Source of the DNA: Candidatus Sericytochromatia bacterium
GTDB taxonomy: Bacteria; Cyanobacteriota; Sericytochromatia; S15B-MN24; UBA4093
Reading direction: 5' to 3'
Length of the DNA stretch: 64,000 bases
NCBI GenBank assembly: GCA_036676985.1
Contig: JAKFBU010000027.1
Coordinates: 233,354 to 297,353 of the forward strand
Shown: positions 10,074-19,578 of the stretch, one piece after another
Position numbering within the stretch: the first letter of the stretch is position 1
How the letters are laid out: every line of letters begins with the position of its first letter
Notes under the pieces: model-generated
Seen by the model: only the letters and a program-made list of their open reading frames with translations
Told to the model about the DNA's origin: nothing
The model's database searches: none
Position numbers and translations under genes: made by a program

Positions 10074-10655
10074 TCAATCCCGGCTCCTGAGCGGGCGAGG
10101 TGGCTCCCCCTGGAACGGAAAGCGATGTAGGACGCTGTATTGCGCCCCCTGGGGCGCCAGGATCGACCGGTACAGAGCGGCTTGCTCCACCCGCCAGCGG
10201 ATGGGTTCCACCGCGACCTCCGCGGCGAGGTCCGCGACCCGCAACGTGGTCCGCGGGTCGCGCGCGAGCGTGATGTGCGGAGAGTAGGGACGCACCTCGG
10301 CGAGGAGGCCCAGATCCGCGATCGCCGCGCGCATGGTCTGCTCCAGCGCATGCAAGCCCTGCGTTAAATCGTCGACCCCCAGCCAGAGCACGCGCGGCTG
10401 CCCGCGCCGGGGAAAGGCGCCCAGGCTCCCCAGGCGCAGCTCGAACGGCGCGAGGACGTGGCTCGCGTCCGACAGGCGTTCGGCCAGAGGAGGCACCGCC
10501 TCCTCGGGGACCTCGCCGAAGAAGTGCAGGGTGACGTGCATGTTGGCGACCGGCTGCCAGCGCTTCACGTCCACGCGCTCGGCGAGCCCCCGCTCCACGC
10601 GCTCGATCTCCCGCTGGGCCTCGGGGGCGATCGCCACGGCCGAGAACAGACGCAT
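10074..10655 (-). CDS. thpR: RNA 2',3'-cyclic phosphodiesterase (2H family)
   Basis: MRLF start; two HxT motifs (HVTL, HITL); RVLWLG. Confidence 0.92.
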   Translation of the reverse strand: MRLFSAVAIAPEAQREIERVERGLAERVDVKRWQPVANMHVTLHFFGEVPEEAVPPLAERLSDASHVLAPFELRLGSLGAFPRRGQPRVLWLGVDDLTQGLHALEQTMRAAIADLGLLAEVRPYSPHITLARDPRTTLRVADLAAEVAVEPIRWRVEQAALYRSILAPQGAQYSVLHRFPFQGEPPRPLRSRD

Positions 10656-10763
10656 GTCGCCTCCTTTGTAGGACGAGCCGAAGCCGCCCCGATTATAAGC
10701 GCGCAATGGACGAAGTCAACGCGGCGCGATCGCCCAAAAATGGAGCGGGGAAAGGAGGGCTCC

Positions 10764-11228
10764 GTGGGGGAATGGTTTCACCGGTTCGCCGTCAAGATCG
10801 CCGAGATGACGGGGACGCCGGGCGTGTTCGTCCTGGCGATCGTCATCATCGCCATCTGGGGCCTCTCCGGGCCCATGTTCGGCTATTCGGACACCTGGCA
10901 GCTCGTCATCAACACGGGGACCACCATCGTGACCTTCCTGATGGTCTTCCTCATCCAGAACACCCAGAACCGCGACGCCAAGGCGATCCACCTCAAGCTC
11001 GACGAGCTCCTGCGGAGCGTCGAGGGCGCGCGCACGAGCCTGGTGGATCTGGAAGAAGACTCCGACGAGGACCTGGAAGCCCTGCGTAAGGAGTTCCAGG
11101 AGCTGCACAAGCGGTTCAGCGCCGAGATCGGGCATCCCCCCGCGCCGGAGAAGCCCAAAAAGACCGATCAAGCACCGGAGTCCGGCCAGACACCGGAACC
11201 CGAGAAACCCGCGGACGAACAGCCCTAG
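10764..11228 (+). CDS. Low-affinity iron permease (Fet4-like) family protein
   Basis: SDTWQLVINTGTTIVTFLMVFLIQNTQNRD...KLDEL; AGGAGG RBS before GTG. Confidence 0.9.
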   Translation: MGEWFHRFAVKIAEMTGTPGVFVLAIVIIAIWGLSGPMFGYSDTWQLVINTGTTIVTFLMVFLIQNTQNRDAKAIHLKLDELLRSVEGARTSLVDLEEDSDEDLEALRKEFQELHKRFSAEIGHPPAPEKPKKTDQAPESGQTPEPEKPADEQP

Positions 11229-12877
11229 CGGGCGCCGGTCGCCACCGAAGCAGGGACGGCCCGCGTGCGGGCCCACTGACGGATATCCTCGACCCGCTCG
11301 CGCATGGTCACGTAGAGCGGGACCGTCCGCTCGATGGCGCCCACCAGGTGGTGTGCCAGGAGGTCGGTGCCCGAGTCGAAGGCGTCGTAGAGGCCCGAGA
11401 TGATGACCTGCTCGATCTCGGCCCCGCTAAAGCCCTCGGTGGCCTCGACCAGCTCGTTGAGGCGGAAGAGCATGGGCTTGCGGTTGCGCTTGGTCAGGTG
11501 GATCTCGAAGATGGTCTTGCGCTCCCGGGCGTCGGGCAGGTCGATGAAGAAGATCTCGTCGAAGCGCCCCTTTCGCAGGAGCTCGGGCGGCAGACAGTCG
11601 ATCTGGTTGGCGGTCGCCACCACGAAGACGTTGGACTTCTTCTCCTGCATCCAGGTGATGAAGGTGCCGAAGACCCGGGCGGTGGTGCCGCCGTCCACGC
11701 TGCCCGAGCTCTGCATGCCCGAGAAGCCCTTCTCGAGCTCGTCCACCCAGAGCACGCAGGGGGCGATCGCCTCGGCGAGCTTGATGGCTTTGCGCATATT
11801 CTCTTCACTAGAGCCCACCAGGCCCCCGAAGAGCTTACCCACGTCGAGGCGAAGCAGCGGCAGCTGCCAGTTGCTCGCGATGGCCTTAGCGCTCAGGCTC
11901 TTGCCGCATCCCTGGACGCCCGTCAACAAAACGCCCTTGGGCTCAGGGATCCCGAACTCCCGGGCCTCGCGGGTGAAGGCGCGGGAGCGCTTACGCAGCC
12001 AGTCCTTGAGGTTCTCCAGGCCGCCTACGTCCGAGAGCGACTCCTCGGCGGGGTAGTAGTCCAGGATGCCCGACTTCCGTATGATGAGCTGCTTCTCGGC
12101 GAGGATGGCGTGGATGTCCGAGGGATCCAGCGTGCCGTCGTTCATAAGGGCAGCAGAGAAGGCGTTGTCCGCCTCGTCCAGCGTGAGGCCGAGGGCCGCT
12201 TCCAGGAGCTTGTCCTTGTCCTCGGGCTTGAGGCGCACGTAGGCCTTGCCGAACTGGGCCGTCTGCTGGATCTGATCATCCAGCAAGGACAGGAGCTCCT
12301 CACGATCGGGCAGGGGGAAATCGAAGACCACGAGCTCTTTCTCGAGCTCCTGGGGGATGTTGAGGACGGGCGAGACGAGGAGCACCGCTTTTCCCGTCTG
12401 TCGGTCGCGCCGGAGGTCGTGATAGATGTCGCGTAGCATGCGCACGGCCGCGTTGCGCTCTGGGTTGAGGTCATGGCCCATCCAGGGATGCAGGTCGCAG
12501 AAGACGAACAGCCCCGAGATGTCCATGCGCTCGACCGCGCGGAGCGCCGTGAGCGGGTCGCCGATGGTCTTCTGGTCGAAGCAGCGGCCGTCCTGGAGGT
12601 TGATGAGGCCCTTGGTGTAGGTCCAGACGAACATGGCCTTGCCGAGCCCGTAGCGGGCCTGCAGGCCGGAGATGAAGCGCCGCTCCTCCCAGGTCGACAC
12701 GTAGATGATGGGATAGCACGCCTTGATGAACGTATCGAGGCCAGCGAGCTGCTGGTGCCGGCGGCGGATCGGGGGGCGCTGCTGGCCCATGGGCCTGAGG
12801 GGCGGCGGGTTGCCGTTCGGCATGGAGGGCGCCGGGCGCCCTATGGTACGGCTCTTGTTGGGATCGAACTGGTCCAT
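11225..12877 (-). CDS. Ycf46-like AAA+ ATPase
   Basis: Walker A GVQGCGKS, Walker [17 protein letters not shown]; Ycf46-type N-domain ([12 protein letters not shown]). Confidence 0.88.
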   Translation of the reverse strand: MDQFDPNKSRTIGRPAPSMPNGNPPPLRPMGQQRPPIRRRHQQLAGLDTFIKACYPIIYVSTWEERRFISGLQARYGLGKAMFVWTYTKGLINLQDGRCFDQKTIGDPLTALRAVERMDISGLFVFCDLHPWMGHDLNPERNAAVRMLRDIYHDLRRDRQTGKAVLLVSPVLNIPQELEKELVVFDFPLPDREELLSLLDDQIQQTAQFGKAYVRLKPEDKDKLLEAALGLTLDEADNAFSAALMNDGTLDPSDIHAILAEKQLIIRKSGILDYYPAEESLSDVGGLENLKDWLRKRSRAFTREAREFGIPEPKGVLLTGVQGCGKSLSAKAIASNWQLPLLRLDVGKLFGGLVGSSEENMRKAIKLAEAIAPCVLWVDELEKGFSGMQSSGSVDGGTTARVFGTFITWMQEKKSNVFVVATANQIDCLPPELLRKGRFDEIFFIDLPDARERKTIFEIHLTKRNRKPMLFRLNELVEATEGFSGAEIEQVIISGLYDAFDSGTDLLAHHLVGAIERTVPLYVTMRERVEDIRQWARTRAVPASVATGAR

Positions 12878-12931
12878 GCTCCCCCCTTCGGTCGGTCGGG
12901 GATCTTGTACCCGAAGGGGCGCTCGCCGACT

Positions 12932-14392
12932 CTAGGGACTTTCGATCGTCAGCAGCTGGGGCGGGGTGGCGTCCGCCGGGAAGAGCAGGGTCGTCGTGAC
13001 GTCGAACCGCGTGCGGGCCGGGACCTCGAGCGTCACGAAGGGCGGCATGGCCTGGCCATGCTGGATGACCAGGTGCACGAAGCGCTGCTGCCGCTGGCCC
13101 GCCTCGTCGAACCACTCGACCCGCACCGGGCCGCGGAACATGACCGGCCGGTTGGGCGGATCCACGTAGACCGCCGCCGAGGCCGGCCGATCCCCCACCA
13201 CCTTGGACGGGTGCGAGAGCGAGAGCGCAAAGGTGCGAGGCACCTCCGACTGGTTGTCGAGCGGGATGCGCAGCTCGTAGGTGACGCCGTAGTTGCCGTG
13301 CGCCTGGTAGGCGCTGCCCACGTAGCGCTTGACCATCGGCGCGCTCTGGACCTGGCCGGTGCCGAGCGTGTTGAGGACGGCCGTGGCGATGGGGTAGCCC
13401 TGACGCTCACCGGGTCCGGGCAGGCGCAGGCCCGAAAAATCAGCCGTCCAGCGATCGCCCTTGCTGACCCCGGCCACGCGACCGTAGCGGAACGGCCCCT
13501 GCGGCAAGGGCTCGCCCGGGACGTATGGGGTGGCGGGGGGCTCCGCCGGCCCTGCCCGGCGAGCAGCCAGGAGCACGGCGAGGAAGTCGTCGGGAACAGG
13601 GACCGTGAAGGCCCCGCTCGGAGACTTGGGAGCAAAGTACGCGACCTCGGAAAGGCTCACGGGGCCGTCGCTCCGCATCCGCATGAGCGTGGTGCGGCCG
13701 TTGGTCGGCGGGCCGATCTCGACGGTGGTGGGGATGCTCCAGTGGTAGAGCAGCACCGTCTGCCCGGGCGGCAGCGAGAAGCGCGCGGGCGCGATGGGCG
13801 AGCGGCCATGCAGCATCTCGGTGGCGATACGATCGCCGGGGCCCGCGTAGATGGTACCCTCGGGGTCGAGGAGCAGGGGTTGAAGGGACTTGAAGGGGGC
13901 GTCCGGCTGGCTGAGGAAGCTGGCTCCGGACAACATGTCCAGGGTGACGGGGCGCTCCGCGCGGTTCGTGGCGAGGAAGCCGAGGTAGAGGAGCTTCTCG
14001 CCGGGGACCAGGTCCTTGGCGATGTGATGGGAGAAGACGCTGAAGTCGCCCTCGAAGGCCTGGTCCAGGAACACGGGGGCGTCGTCGGTCGCCGGCGGCG
14101 TCATGGTCGAGAGCAGGATGCCCGGCTCCTGCACGATCTCCGGGTTGTTGCTGTTGAAGACGAGCGTGTTGTCGAGTCCCCCGGGCAACGGCTGGATGCG
14201 CACCGGGACCTGGACGGGGACCTGTGGGCGCGGGGTGGGCGTGGGCACGGGCATGCCGGGCTCCGGACGGCGCTGGGACACTGCCGCGCACCCCGCCGCG
14301 AGCGACAGGATCGTGCAGGCGATCGCCAAATGCTGTAGCCGGAAGCCCTTGACTTCAATGGCCACCGGAAGTCGGGAGTTCATGCGCTTCAT
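12932..14392 (-). CDS. DUF3370-family lipoprotein
   Basis: Lipobox LAAGC; PLPGGLD..VFNSNNPE, GILLST, AHGNYGV, PADATPPQLL; start codon uncertain. Confidence 0.75.
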   Translation of the reverse strand: MKRMNSRLPVAIEVKGFRLQHLAIACTILSLAAGCAAVSQRRPEPGMPVPTPTPRPQVPVQVPVRIQPLPGGLDNTLVFNSNNPEIVQEPGILLSTMTPPATDDAPVFLDQAFEGDFSVFSHHIAKDLVPGEKLLYLGFLATNRAERPVTLDMLSGASFLSQPDAPFKSLQPLLLDPEGTIYAGPGDRIATEMLHGRSPIAPARFSLPPGQTVLLYHWSIPTTVEIGPPTNGRTTLMRMRSDGPVSLSEVAYFAPKSPSGAFTVPVPDDFLAVLLAARRAGPAEPPATPYVPGEPLPQGPFRYGRVAGVSKGDRWTADFSGLRLPGPGERQGYPIATAVLNTLGTGQVQSAPMVKRYVGSAYQAHGNYGVTYELRIPLDNQSEVPRTFALSLSHPSKVVGDRPASAAVYVDPPNRPVMFRGPVRVEWFDEAGQRQQRFVHLVIQHGQAMPPFVTLEVPARTRFDVTTTLLFPADATPPQLLTIESP

Positions 14393-14456
14393 GGGTCCCC
14401 ACGGGGTATAATCGACCGTTGCCGATCCATCCTACCATCCTAGAGGAAGAGGGCCG

Positions 14457-14543
14457 ATGGCCACCCCCGTCGAACGCGTTTGTGCCGACTCCTTCCTGTC
14501 CGCAAGGCAGCTAAAGGAAGCCTCCTTGCGGGGTATGGACTAA
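14457..14543 (+). CDS. Possible 28-aa leader ORF
   Basis: MATPVERVCADSFLSARQLKEASLRGMD with a purine-rich RBS and TATAAT at 14407. Confidence 0.3.
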   Translation: MATPVERVCADSFLSARQLKEASLRGMD

Positions 14544-14624
14544 AGGACACCTTCCAGGCGACCGCGGGCGTCGCTTCGCCGCGGCGCTGAACCACCCGGA
14601 TCCCTATCCAGAATCGAGGTAACC

Positions 14625-15101
14625 ATGGCGAACAACAACGTGATTGCCGGGCTCAAGAAGGCCTGGGACGACACCCGGTCCTTGCCGGACGGAAACGCCG
14701 CCTTCAGCGCCCTCTTCGGCAAGCTGGTCCCCTACGCGGCCACCATCGACCCGCTCGTCGTCCAGCTCGAGGCCGGGCACGCCCGGATCCAGATGCAGGA
14801 CCGCGAGCCCGTCCGCAACCATCTGAGCTCGGTGCACGCCGTGGCGCTCATGAACCTGGGCGAGATGACGAGCGGCCTGGCCCTCGCCTACTCCCTGCCC
14901 GAGGACGGCCGCTCGATCCTCACCAAGCTGACCATGGAGTACTTCAAGAAGGCACGCGGCCCCCTGGAGGCCGAGTGCCGCTTCACGGTGCCGGAGTTCC
15001 CCGAGAAGTCCGAGCATCACCTCGAGATCCCCATCCGGGACGCCGAGGGTGAGGTGGTGGCCAAGGCCACGGCAATTTGGCTCGTGGACCGCAAAGCCTA
15101 A
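14625..15101 (+). CDS. Hotdog-fold PaaI/DUF4442 thioesterase
   Basis: NHLSSVHAVAL..LGE, YFKKARG. Confidence 0.85.
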   Translation: MANNNVIAGLKKAWDDTRSLPDGNAAFSALFGKLVPYAATIDPLVVQLEAGHARIQMQDREPVRNHLSSVHAVALMNLGEMTSGLALAYSLPEDGRSILTKLTMEYFKKARGPLEAECRFTVPEFPEKSEHHLEIPIRDAEGEVVAKATAIWLVDRKA

Positions 15102-15298
15102 GCGCCTTTTAATCCAAGCCCCTGACCCGCCGTGATCACCGCACGGCGGGTCTAGTCTACGGAGCAGTCGGCGGAACGGGCCTCGGAACGGCAATCAGGT
15201 TTGATTTTTGCGCCCAAACTGCCTATACTGAGCCGGTGAGATGAGGCCTGTCATCCCTGTCGTCGCGGCCTCACGCCCCCTGCATCGAGGATCCAATC

Positions 15299-16720
15299 TT
15301 GAGCGAACAGCAGCAGAAAAAGCCGTATCACTACTTCCCCGATCGCGTGTACCACACCGTGCAAGACTGGCCCGAGGCCGGCAAGGGCCTGGCCCGCGCG
15401 CACCAGCTCGGACCCGAAGGGACGATCGCCGAGGTCCGTACCGCCAACCTGCGCGGTCGCGGCGGCGCCGGCTTCCCGGCGGCCATCAAGTGGGCGAACA
15501 TCCGCGCCGACAAGTGCCCCATCAAGTACACGGTCTGCAACTCGGCCGAAGGGGAGCCCGGCACCTACAAGGATCGCTGGCTCATCCGCCACAACCCCTA
15601 CATCATCCTCGAGGGCGTCGCGATCGCGGCCTACGCGCTCGGCGCGAAGGAAGCCTACATCTGCATGAAGGTCATCTTCGAGCGCGAGTACGACCGCCTG
15701 ACGGCCGCCCGCGACGAGATGGTCGCGGCGGGCATGCTGGGCGACATCCCCGTCCACATCGTCAAGGGTGCCGACGAGTACCTGCTCGGCGAGGAGCGCG
15801 GCCTGCTGGAGGCCATCGAGGGCAACTTCCCGTTCCCCCGCGTGTCGCCCCCTTACGTGCACGGCCTCTTCACGGCGCAGGGCATGTTCTCGGCCGAGAC
15901 CGAGGAGAACAACCCCGCCTGCGTCAACAACGTCGAGACCCTGACCCACGCCTGCAACATCCTGCGCGAGGGCGTCGACTACTTCAAGTCGGTCGGCACC
16001 GAGGCCACGCCGGGCACCACCATCTTCACGCTGCAGGGCGACGTGGAGCGCCAGGGCATGTACGAGCTGCCCATCGGCACCTCGTTCCGCCACCTGCTCG
16101 AGGAGTGCGGCGGCGGCATCAAGGGCGGCCGGCAGTTCAAGATGATGCTCTCGGGCGTGTCCTGCGGCGTCCTCACCAAGAACCACCTGGACACCCCCAT
16201 GGACTTCGCGACCATGAAGGCCGTCGACTCGGGCCTCGGCTCGGGCGGCTACATCATCTTCGACGACACCTGGAACGCGGTGGACATCGCCTACGCGTAC
16301 TCCAAGTTCCTCGCCAACGAGTCCTGCGGCCAGTGCCCCTCGTGCAAGATGGGCACCGCCGAGATCACCATCGCCCTCGAGAAGCTCTCGTACGGCGTCG
16401 GCAGCCAGGAAGACCTCGAGACCATCGAGAAGGGCCTGGGCCTCGTCGCCACGGGCAACCGCTGCTTCCTCCCGGTGGCCGAGAAGGCGCTCATCCGCAG
16501 CATCTTCTCGAACTTCCCCGAGGATTTCCAGGCGGCCCTCAAGCCCCGCGCCGACCGCAAGGAGCCGCCGGTGGCCAAGATCCTGGACTTCAACCCGGAG
16601 ACCCGCGAGTTCACGTACGACCCCAAGTATCCGTACAAGCGTCCCGACGGCCGCTACAACAGCAAGGCCGAGGGTCCGTACCGCTATACCTTCACCGAGA
16701 AGGTCAAGGCGCACGTCTAG
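15299..16720 (+). CDS. nuoF: NuoF/HoxF-like FMN and 4Fe-4S NADH-binding subunit, orphan
   Basis: LRGRGGAGF, EGEPG, GEE, NNVETL, CGQCPSC...C cluster ligands. Confidence 0.85.
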   Translation: MSEQQQKKPYHYFPDRVYHTVQDWPEAGKGLARAHQLGPEGTIAEVRTANLRGRGGAGFPAAIKWANIRADKCPIKYTVCNSAEGEPGTYKDRWLIRHNPYIILEGVAIAAYALGAKEAYICMKVIFEREYDRLTAARDEMVAAGMLGDIPVHIVKGADEYLLGEERGLLEAIEGNFPFPRVSPPYVHGLFTAQGMFSAETEENNPACVNNVETLTHACNILREGVDYFKSVGTEATPGTTIFTLQGDVERQGMYELPIGTSFRHLLEECGGGIKGGRQFKMMLSGVSCGVLTKNHLDTPMDFATMKAVDSGLGSGGYIIFDDTWNAVDIAYAYSKFLANESCGQCPSCKMGTAEITIALEKLSYGVGSQEDLETIEKGLGLVATGNRCFLPVAEKALIRSIFSNFPEDFQAALKPRADRKEPPVAKILDFNPETREFTYDPKYPYKRPDGRYNSKAEGPYRYTFTEKVKAHV

Positions 16721-16800
16721 GCTCGAATCGGGCTATAACCGAAAAGGGGCGGGGTAACCCGCTCCTTTTTGCATCCGAGGACCGCGAGGACCCGCTACGC

Positions 16801-18075
16801 ATGCGCAACGGACTGTTTTTGGGCACCTTGATCCTGGCGCTCGCCGGCGGCCAGGGGCTCGCCCTCGGCCTCACGCCGGCAGCGGCGGGTACGAAAGCAG
16901 CGGCCGCCGGAACGGGCACCGTCGTGCTGGCCGGCGGCGGCCTGTCGGACGACAACCGCGCGCTCTGGCAGGCGCTGTGCCAGGCGGCTCGATCCGTGAG
17001 CAGGCACGAGCGCCCGCGCATCGCCGTCATCGGCAGCGGGCGCCCCTCGTTGCAGGTTGCCAGGGCCGCCTTTTACCAGGACGAGGACGGCCACCTCTCG
17101 TATCAGAACCTCTTCAGGCGCTACGGATTCGATCCCGTCTTCGTGCCCATTGCCATCGACGCCTACCGCTCGGTCAACTCGGACCCCGCCGTCGTCTCGT
17201 TGGTCACGGGCGCGGATGCCGTCTGGTTCGGCGGGGGGTCGCAGGCCTACCATGCGCGGTGCTTCCTACAGGACGACGGCTCGGATACGCCCTTGATGAC
17301 GGCGGTCCGCGGCGTGCACCGCAAGGGCGGGGTCGTGGGCGGCACGAGCGCCGGGGCGGCCGTCATGGACGAGTTCACCTACGGCGAGGCCCGGAGCCAC
17401 GGCTACTTCCTCGCCAACAGCCTGCCCTACCGGCCGCTCGCGGCCATGCACGACGGCCGGGATTCCTCGCTCGCGTCCGAGGGTCCGGGCGGCGGCTACA
17501 CCCGCGGCCTCGGAATGGTGGCGGACATCGATGCGGCCGTGGACACCCACGTGAACGCCCGCGGCCGCTACGGCCGGGTGATGGTCGCCATGCGCGCGCT
17601 GAAGTACCGCTACGGCATCGCCGTCTCCGAGGACACGGCCCTGTTCATCAAGGGCAAGCGCGGCACGGTCATGGGCGCGGACCGCGTGCTCATCGCGGAC
17701 GGGACAGCCGCACGCTACGGCTCCGACCAATACTTCCAGGTCTCGGACCTGATGCTCTCGAGCCTCCGGGGCTCCGACGGCTTCGACTTCGCGACGGGCA
17801 CGGCCACGAGTGCCAGGCCTGCGGTCTCGGGGAACGGGACCGCGCCCGGGTTCGATGCCTCCGACGTGTTCGGCGGCGCCGAGTTGCCCAAGGCCCTCGA
17901 GACGCTCGGTGCCTCGGGCCAGTCCGCGGCCTCGGGCAGGTCGCGGGAGGTCACTCCGACGGGCTTCCGGCTCGACCTGAAGCGATCGCCCCGGACCCTC
18001 GCCACCCGGGATCCCGCCACCGGCCGGCTCAGCGTCCTCCACGTCACGGCCACCGTCACGCCCACCGCACCCTAG
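16801..18075 (+). CDS. Secreted cyanophycinase-like peptidase S51
   Basis: Signal peptide; WFGGGSQ, GGTSAGAA nucleophile motif, DTHVNARGR, EDTA. Confidence 0.82.
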   Translation: MRNGLFLGTLILALAGGQGLALGLTPAAAGTKAAAAGTGTVVLAGGGLSDDNRALWQALCQAARSVSRHERPRIAVIGSGRPSLQVARAAFYQDEDGHLSYQNLFRRYGFDPVFVPIAIDAYRSVNSDPAVVSLVTGADAVWFGGGSQAYHARCFLQDDGSDTPLMTAVRGVHRKGGVVGGTSAGAAVMDEFTYGEARSHGYFLANSLPYRPLAAMHDGRDSSLASEGPGGGYTRGLGMVADIDAAVDTHVNARGRYGRVMVAMRALKYRYGIAVSEDTALFIKGKRGTVMGADRVLIADGTAARYGSDQYFQVSDLMLSSLRGSDGFDFATGTATSARPAVSGNGTAPGFDASDVFGGAELPKALETLGASGQSAASGRSREVTPTGFRLDLKRSPRTLATRDPATGRLSVLHVTATVTPTAP

Positions 18076-18105
18076 CGCCCGCTGCTATTCCATAAGGAGA
18101 CTGCC

Positions 18106-19419
18106 TTGAAACGCTTCGCCCTTGCGATCGCCCTCCCCATGCTCCTCGTCGGCCCCGCGCTCGCCGCCGACCCGGGACAGCAGGCCAAGGCCCTGATGAA
18201 AGGGTACTTCGACTCCTACGTCGCGGACCTGCGCACCATCACGAACATCGACTCGGGCACCGGGGACGCGGAGGGCAGCCGGAAGATCGCGGAGTTCCTC
18301 AAGGGCAAGCTCGAACCCATGGGGGCAAAGGTCGAATTCCGGAGCAACGCCCGCTCGACCCACGTCATCGCCCGCTTCAAGGGTGAAGGCCGGCTCAAGC
18401 TCCTCTTGATGGCGCACACGGACACGGTGTTCCTCAAGGGCGACGCCGCCAAGCGTCCCTTCCGGATGGACGCCCAGCGCCGGGCATACGGCCCGGGGGT
18501 TGGAGACGACAAGGCCACGGTCATGCAGACCGTCTACGCCATGCAGGTCCTCAAGGACCTGGACCACCGCAAGTACGGCGAGATCGTCCTCTACTTCGAC
18601 GGCGAGGAAGAGACGGGCTCGGACCTGACGGAGGCCATCATCAAAGAGCTTTCCGCCAAGGTCGACGCGGTGCTCGTCCTGGATACGGCGCGCCCCAACT
18701 GGGGCATCGTGACCAAGCGCAAGGGCCGGGCCGAGTACGAGATCAAGGTATCCGGCCGCTCGGGGCATGCGGGTAACGCGGCCCACCACGCGGCGAGTGC
18801 GGTCATGGAGCTCGGGTACCAGCTCACGAAGCTGCACCAGCTGGCGAGCCCGTTGCCCAAGGATCCCGGCGCCTTCACGCGCGAGAGCCTGGAGCAGCGG
18901 GGCATCAAGGAGCACGGGCAGTTCGTGCCGGCCAACACCATCAACGTGGGGGTGATCCAGACGCCCAACCAGAAGCTGAACGTCATCCCGGACCAGGCGG
19001 TGGCGAAGCTGGAAGTGCGCTGCTTCGAGACCAAGGAGCAGGAGCGGCTGGACCGGGCCATCCGGGCGCTGGCAAAGCAGCCGACGGTGGGTGGGACGAC
19101 GGTGACGGTCACGGGCGAGATGACGGGCACGCCCATGGAGAAGACTCCTGCGGTGCAGGTGCTCGTGGATGCCTACCGGGACGTGGTGAAGCGGGAGTAC
19201 GGGGCGGAGGTCATCGAGTACTCGGCGGGCGGGCTGACGGACGGGAACATCTCGTCGCCCTACGCGCCGACCATCGATGCCCTGGGCATCGAGAACTACG
19301 ACGAGCACACGGACCGGGAATGGGTGGACCTGAACACGGTCGAACCGCGGACGGTGGCACTCGTGAGGCTGATCCAGGAGCTCGAGGGGCGGCTGGATTT
19401 GCTCAAGAAGGCGCGGTAA
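18106..19419 (+). CDS. Secreted M20 metallopeptidase (carboxypeptidase G2-like)
   Basis: Signal peptide; AHTDTV, GVGDDK, EEETGS, GHAG, EHTDRE. Confidence 0.88.
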   Translation: MKRFALAIALPMLLVGPALAADPGQQAKALMKGYFDSYVADLRTITNIDSGTGDAEGSRKIAEFLKGKLEPMGAKVEFRSNARSTHVIARFKGEGRLKLLLMAHTDTVFLKGDAAKRPFRMDAQRRAYGPGVGDDKATVMQTVYAMQVLKDLDHRKYGEIVLYFDGEEETGSDLTEAIIKELSAKVDAVLVLDTARPNWGIVTKRKGRAEYEIKVSGRSGHAGNAAHHAASAVMELGYQLTKLHQLASPLPKDPGAFTRESLEQRGIKEHGQFVPANTINVGVIQTPNQKLNVIPDQAVAKLEVRCFETKEQERLDRAIRALAKQPTVGGTTVTVTGEMTGTPMEKTPAVQVLVDAYRDVVKREYGAEVIEYSAGGLTDGNISSPYAPTIDALGIENYDEHTDREWVDLNTVEPRTVALVRLIQELEGRLDLLKKAR

Positions 19420-19578
19420 CGCGGTTCTTTCGGCTGCTCACTTTACCCCCCCTTCCCCCCCTGCCTCGCAAGGGGGGCACAAAGAGTCCTGCTGCGCAGG
19501 TTTTGACGCGTGAGAAACCTTTGAGGAATCTGCCCCCGCCAGGGGGCCGTCCACCAAAAGCCCCCCTTGCGAAGCAGG

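Noticed and set aside
15241-18075. 944-aa ORF in the track
   Set aside because: The first part is an off-frame shadow of nuoF; the real CDS starts at 16801
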